Of a DNA stretch of 64,000 nucleotides, positions 60,264-64,000 are shown in pieces. Below the pieces are notes generated by a model, which had not been told where the DNA came from, did not search any database, and saw only the letters and a program-made list of their open reading frames with translations. The position numbers and the translations under genes were made by a program. Location: positions 576,001 to 640,000 of the forward strand of contig CAWDML010000001.1 of the NCBI GenBank assembly GCA_963803435.1, in the 5' to 3' direction. Source of the DNA: an uncultured delta proteobacterium. GTDB taxonomy: Bacteria > Myxococcota > Kuafuiibacteriia > Kuafuiibacteriales > Kuafuiibacteriaceae. The first letter of the stretch is position 1; the number at the start of each line of letters is the position of its first letter.

Positions 60264-61097
60264 ATGTTAACCTCTCCCGCCGTGACCGAGGATCTCGTCC
60301 GGTTCGAGACGCCGGAGGACGTCGACCTCGAGTTCGATCTCGCGGGCCCCGCCAGCCGCATGGCGGCGGCCATGATCGACTACCTCGTCATTTTGGTGGT
60401 GATGCTCGGCGCGGTGGCGGCCATGGTGGCGGCCGGCGTCATCGCGGTCGATCTTCGGCGCCTGGCGTCATCGGAGCTGCTCTCGGAGCTCGGCGCGCTC
60501 GCGGTCGCGCTCCTCCTGTTCACGTTCACGTTCATCAACATCGCCTACTTCGTCGGCTGCGAGTGGTTCCTGTCCGGCCAGTCGATCGGAAAGCGAGCGC
60601 TGGGCCTGCGCGTGGTTCGCGACGGAGGGTACGCGCTCACCTTCGGCGCATCCTTCCTGCGCAACGTGAGCCGCATGATCGACATGCTGCCGGGACCGTA
60701 CTTCGTCGGCCTCTTCTCGGTGATGCTCTCGCGCGACCGGAAGCGGCTCGGCGACCTCATCGCGGGTACGATCGTGGTCCGCCACGGACACGCGACGGCG
60801 CCCGCCGCGCGGTTCCTCGGCGAGACCTACGCTGGTCTGGTGCGCCGGAGGTTCGATCTCACCCGCGCGCATCTGGGCCGTCTCGACGCCGCGGTCCTCG
60901 AGCTGCTCGACGGCTACTTCGAGCGCATCGACGGCCTCGAGCCGGCCTACAAGCGGACGCTGACCGGCGACGTTGCGCGGAGTCTCGCCCGGCGGATGGA
61001 GATCGATCTCGAGGGACGTACCGAGGAGGACGAAGCGGCGCTCCTGTTCGAGACGTATCTCGCGCTGCGTGAGCACCTCGCCGCCGCGGCTCTCTGA
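60264..61097 (+). CDS. RDD-family protein
   Basis: ETPEDV, LAGPASRMAAAMID, GQSIGKRALGLRVV, RNVSRMID, KRLGDLIAGTIVV; alternative start GTG 60282. Confidence 0.9.
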   Translation: MLTSPAVTEDLVRFETPEDVDLEFDLAGPASRMAAAMIDYLVILVVMLGAVAAMVAAGVIAVDLRRLASSELLSELGALAVALLLFTFTFINIAYFVGCEWFLSGQSIGKRALGLRVVRDGGYALTFGASFLRNVSRMIDMLPGPYFVGLFSVMLSRDRKRLGDLIAGTIVVRHGHATAPAARFLGETYAGLVRRRFDLTRAHLGRLDAAVLELLDGYFERIDGLEPAYKRTLTGDVARSLARRMEIDLEGRTEEDEAALLFETYLALREHLAAAAL

Positions 61098-61102
61098 CGC
61101 GC

Positions 61103-62302
61103 TCAGCGGCGGCGCATCGCGATTGCGAAGAAGGCGTCGGTCGCGTGCAGGTGCGGGAACAGGCGGAGGGCAACGCCGTCGCCGATCGCCTCCGCGCGGG
61201 CGCGGCCCAGGATCTCCTTGGCCGGCGCGATCTCGAAGTCGGAGTGGGCGTCGAGAAACGCCTCCACGACGTCATCGTTCTCCTCGGGGAGGAACGTGCA
61301 CGTGGCGTAGACGACGCGCCCGCCCAATCGGACCAGGCTGGCCCCGCGCGCGAGGAGCTCGAGCTGCCGGCCCGGAAGATCGTCGAGCGAGCCCTCGCCG
61401 AGCGAGAGACGTCGCTCCGGGTGCCGGCGCAGCACACCGAGCCCCGAGCAGGGAGCGTCCACCAGCACCCGGGCGACGGGCTCGATCCCCTCGAGCACGG
61501 CCCGCGTCTCCACGTTCGAGCAGCCGGCGCGACGGGCGCGGCGCCGGAGCTCGTCGAGCTTCCGGTCGGAGATGTCGCTCGCCATGACCTTACCCTTGCC
61601 GTGAAGGAGCGCCGCCAGGTGGAGCGTCTTGCCGCCCGCGCCGGCGCACAGATCGATCGCCGCGCTCCGCGGCGGCGGCGCCACCAGCTCTGAGACCAGC
61701 TGGCTACCCTCGTCCTGCACCTCGAAGAGGCCCTCGTGGAAGGCCGCCAGCCGGAACGGGTTCGTCGGCTCGAGGATCGTCAATCCATCCTGCGAGAGGC
61801 GCGTCGGCGCGGTGCGGACACCCTCTTCCAGGAGCCGGCCGGCGAGGGCGCTCCGATCGATCCTCGAGCGGTTGGCGCGCAGCGTCTGGGGCGGCGGCCG
61901 GGCCAGCGCGCGGGCCAGCGGCTCGGCCTGATCCGCGAAGGCGGCCGCCATCCGTGCGGCGAGCCAGCGCGGCAGCGACCCCAGCACGGCTACCCGATCG
62001 ATCGGATCGGTGAGGCTCCGCTCCACCTGGCCCGCCTCCTCCGAGGCGCTCGGATCGCCGGCGTCCAGCGCCGCGCGAAGCTCGACCCGAGCGCGATCGG
62101 TCGGCGTGAGCCCCCGCGCCATCAACACGCGATCCAGCAACAGCTCCGTGCGGAGCGTGCCGAGCACCAGCTCGGCGATCGCACCTCGTGCCTTCGTCGA
62201 ACGCCGCTCCCCTGCGAAAGCCTCGCGGAGCACGCCGGAGGCGAAGCGTGCCTCCCGCCGGATCCGCGCCACCAGCTCCGCTGCCACCTCGATCGTTGCC
62301 AT
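61103..62302 (-). CDS. RsmB/NOP-family RNA m5C methyltransferase
   Basis: LRAN, FEVQDEGSQL, DLCAGAGGKT, VLVDAPCSGLG, YATCT, EEN. Confidence 0.92.
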   Translation of the reverse strand: MATIEVAAELVARIRREARFASGVLREAFAGERRSTKARGAIAELVLGTLRTELLLDRVLMARGLTPTDRARVELRAALDAGDPSASEEAGQVERSLTDPIDRVAVLGSLPRWLAARMAAAFADQAEPLARALARPPPQTLRANRSRIDRSALAGRLLEEGVRTAPTRLSQDGLTILEPTNPFRLAAFHEGLFEVQDEGSQLVSELVAPPPRSAAIDLCAGAGGKTLHLAALLHGKGKVMASDISDRKLDELRRRARRAGCSNVETRAVLEGIEPVARVLVDAPCSGLGVLRRHPERRLSLGEGSLDDLPGRQLELLARGASLVRLGGRVVYATCTFLPEENDDVVEAFLDAHSDFEIAPAKEILGRARAEAIGDGVALRLFPHLHATDAFFAIAMRRR

Positions 62303-62375
62303 GGCCGGTCGATCCGATCGGCCGTCTTTTTTGGCGATGGTCAAGTCCGACGCGCCAGCGTAGCGTGGCCGGCTC

Positions 62376-64000
62376 GTGGGTCTCCCGATCCTCCGCGATC
62401 CGCCCGTTCTCCCGGCGCCCTTCGGCGGGCTCGCGCTCGACCCGTCACGCGGTCTCCGAGGTCCGCTCCCGATGTCCCGAGCCGACGTCTCGGCGCGGGG
62501 CTGGGACGCGGTGGACATCGTGTTCGTGACCGGCGACGCCTACGTCGATCATCCCAGCTTCGCGATGGCGCTGCTGGGACGGCTGCTCGAGGCCGCCGGC
62601 TTTCGCGTGGCCATCCTGAGCCAGCCCGACTGGCGCTCGTGCGCGCCCTGGCGCACGTTCGGGCCGCCGCGCCTGTTCTTCGGCGTCAGCGCCGGGAACA
62701 TGGACTCGATGATCAACCACTACACCGCCAACAAGAAGGTACGGAGCGACGACGCCTACAGCCCCGGCGGCAGCATCGGGCGGCGTCCGGATCGCGCCAC
62801 CCTCGCCTACTGCCAGCGGGCGCGCGAAGCGTATCCGGGCGTGCCGATCGTCGCGGGGGGCGTCGAGGCCAGCCTGCGGCGGATCGCGCACTACGACTAC
62901 TGGAGCGACAAGGTCCGCCGCTCGATCCTGATGGACGCCAAGCCCGATCTCCTGGCGTTCGGGATGGGCGAGCGATCGATCCTCGAGATCGCACGCCGCG
63001 CTGGCGGCCGGCGAGAGCGTACGGTCGCTCTTGGATCTCCGCGGCGTCGCGTATCGATTGGGCGCCCGCGAGACGCCTCCGGCCGAGGACACGGTCGTGC
63101 TCCCGAGCCACGAGGAGGTGACGGCGGACCGCTTCGCGTTCTGCCGGATGACCAAGCTCGCGCATCACGAGACGAACCCGATGAACGCGCGGCGACTGGT
63201 GCAGCGGCACGGGCGCGAGACGGTGGTGGTGAACCCGCCGGCGATCCCGCTCTCCGAGCCGGAGATGGATCTGGTCTACGGGCTCGCCGTACACGCGCCG
63301 CCCCCACCCGAGCTACGGCAAGAGCCGCATCCCCGCGTTCGACGTGGTGAAGGACTCTGTCCAGATCATGCGCGGCTGCTTCGGTGGCTGCACGTTCTGC
63401 TCGATCACCGCACACGAGGGCCGGATCATCCAGAGCCGAAGCCAGCGCTCGGTGCTCGCGGAGATCGAGCGAATGACGCAGGATCCCGGCTTCGCGGGCG
63501 TGGTCAGCGACATCGGCGGGCCGACCGCCAACATGTATCAGATGCGCTGCACGCGATCCGGAGGTGGAGGCGAAGTGCCGCCGGCTCTCCTGCGTCCATC
63601 CCAAGGTGTGCAAGCTCCTGGGCACGGACCACGGGCCGCTGGTCTCGCTGATGCGCGCCTCACGGAAGACGCCCGGGGTGAAGAAGGTGTTCGTCGCCTC
63701 CGGGATCCGCATGGATCTGGCGCGCCGCGATCCGGAGTACATGGACGAGCTGGCGCGCCACCACATCGGCGGGCTGCTGAAGGTGGCGCCCGAGCACACC
63801 GACCGAGCGCGTGCTGAAGCTGATGAAGAAGCCGGGGCCCGAGGACTTCGTCGAGTTCGGAGAGGCCTTCGCGGCCGCCTCGGCGCGCGCCGAGAAGAAG
63901 CAGCACCTGGTGCCGTATTACATCGCGAGCCACCCGGGCAGCGACGTGCGAGCGATGATCGACGTCGCCGTGTTCCTGAAGAGGAACGGCTACCGGCCCG
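62376..64000 (+). CDS. ygiQ: YgiQ (UPF0313) radical SAM protein, frameshifted and truncated at the window edge
   Basis: [50 protein letters not shown] (CxxxCxxC), [25 protein letters not shown]; shifts near 63025, 63288, 63560, 63805. Confidence 0.88.

Noticed and set aside
62376-64000. Programmed frameshifting or phase variation in ygiQ and hydA
   Set aside because: Multiple scattered indels without slippery heptamers or long repeat tracts; assembly error is simpler.

Overview
High-GC (visually ~70%) bacterial chromosomal segment, most consistent with a Myxococcota/deltaproteobacterial genome (SgmX-like TPR protein + ExeA ATPase, TIGR02996/WGR protein, Ser/Thr kinase-TPR protein). About 58 densely packed CDSs; I saw no rRNA, tRNA, CRISPR array, integrase or transposase. 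Left to right: surface-polysaccharide genes (two degenerate asparagine-synthase-like proteins, wecB, WecA/MraY-type transferase); TPR + ExeA motility-type module; dihydropyrimidinase; sulfotransferase-like/class IV aminotransferase pair; Tex; a TetR-EmrB-EmrA-TolC efflux operon with an operator array; TauE/DUF1634; trpS; clpS-clpA; a ~11.3 kb, mostly translationally coupled operon (30.0-41.3 kb); VKOR-DsbA; O-antigen ligase; kinase and TPR proteins; RluA; lipid kinases and a PAP2 enzyme; a degenerate sigma-54 activator; lysine aminotransferase; Smr; SpoIIM/RDD; RsmB; YgiQ. The strongest candidate for an undescribed system is the 30-41 kb operon. It holds a non-canonical cbb3-like (C-family) heme-copper oxidase with altered conserved motifs and no intact CcoP, a CcoG-like Fe-S protein fused to a cupredoxin with a Met-to-Glu ligand change, a His-rich membrane protein, and an exported HD-domain/FGE-fold fusion. 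At least seven genes carry single-base frameshifts that look like long-read consensus errors. All calls come from motif recognition by eye; no database searches were run.
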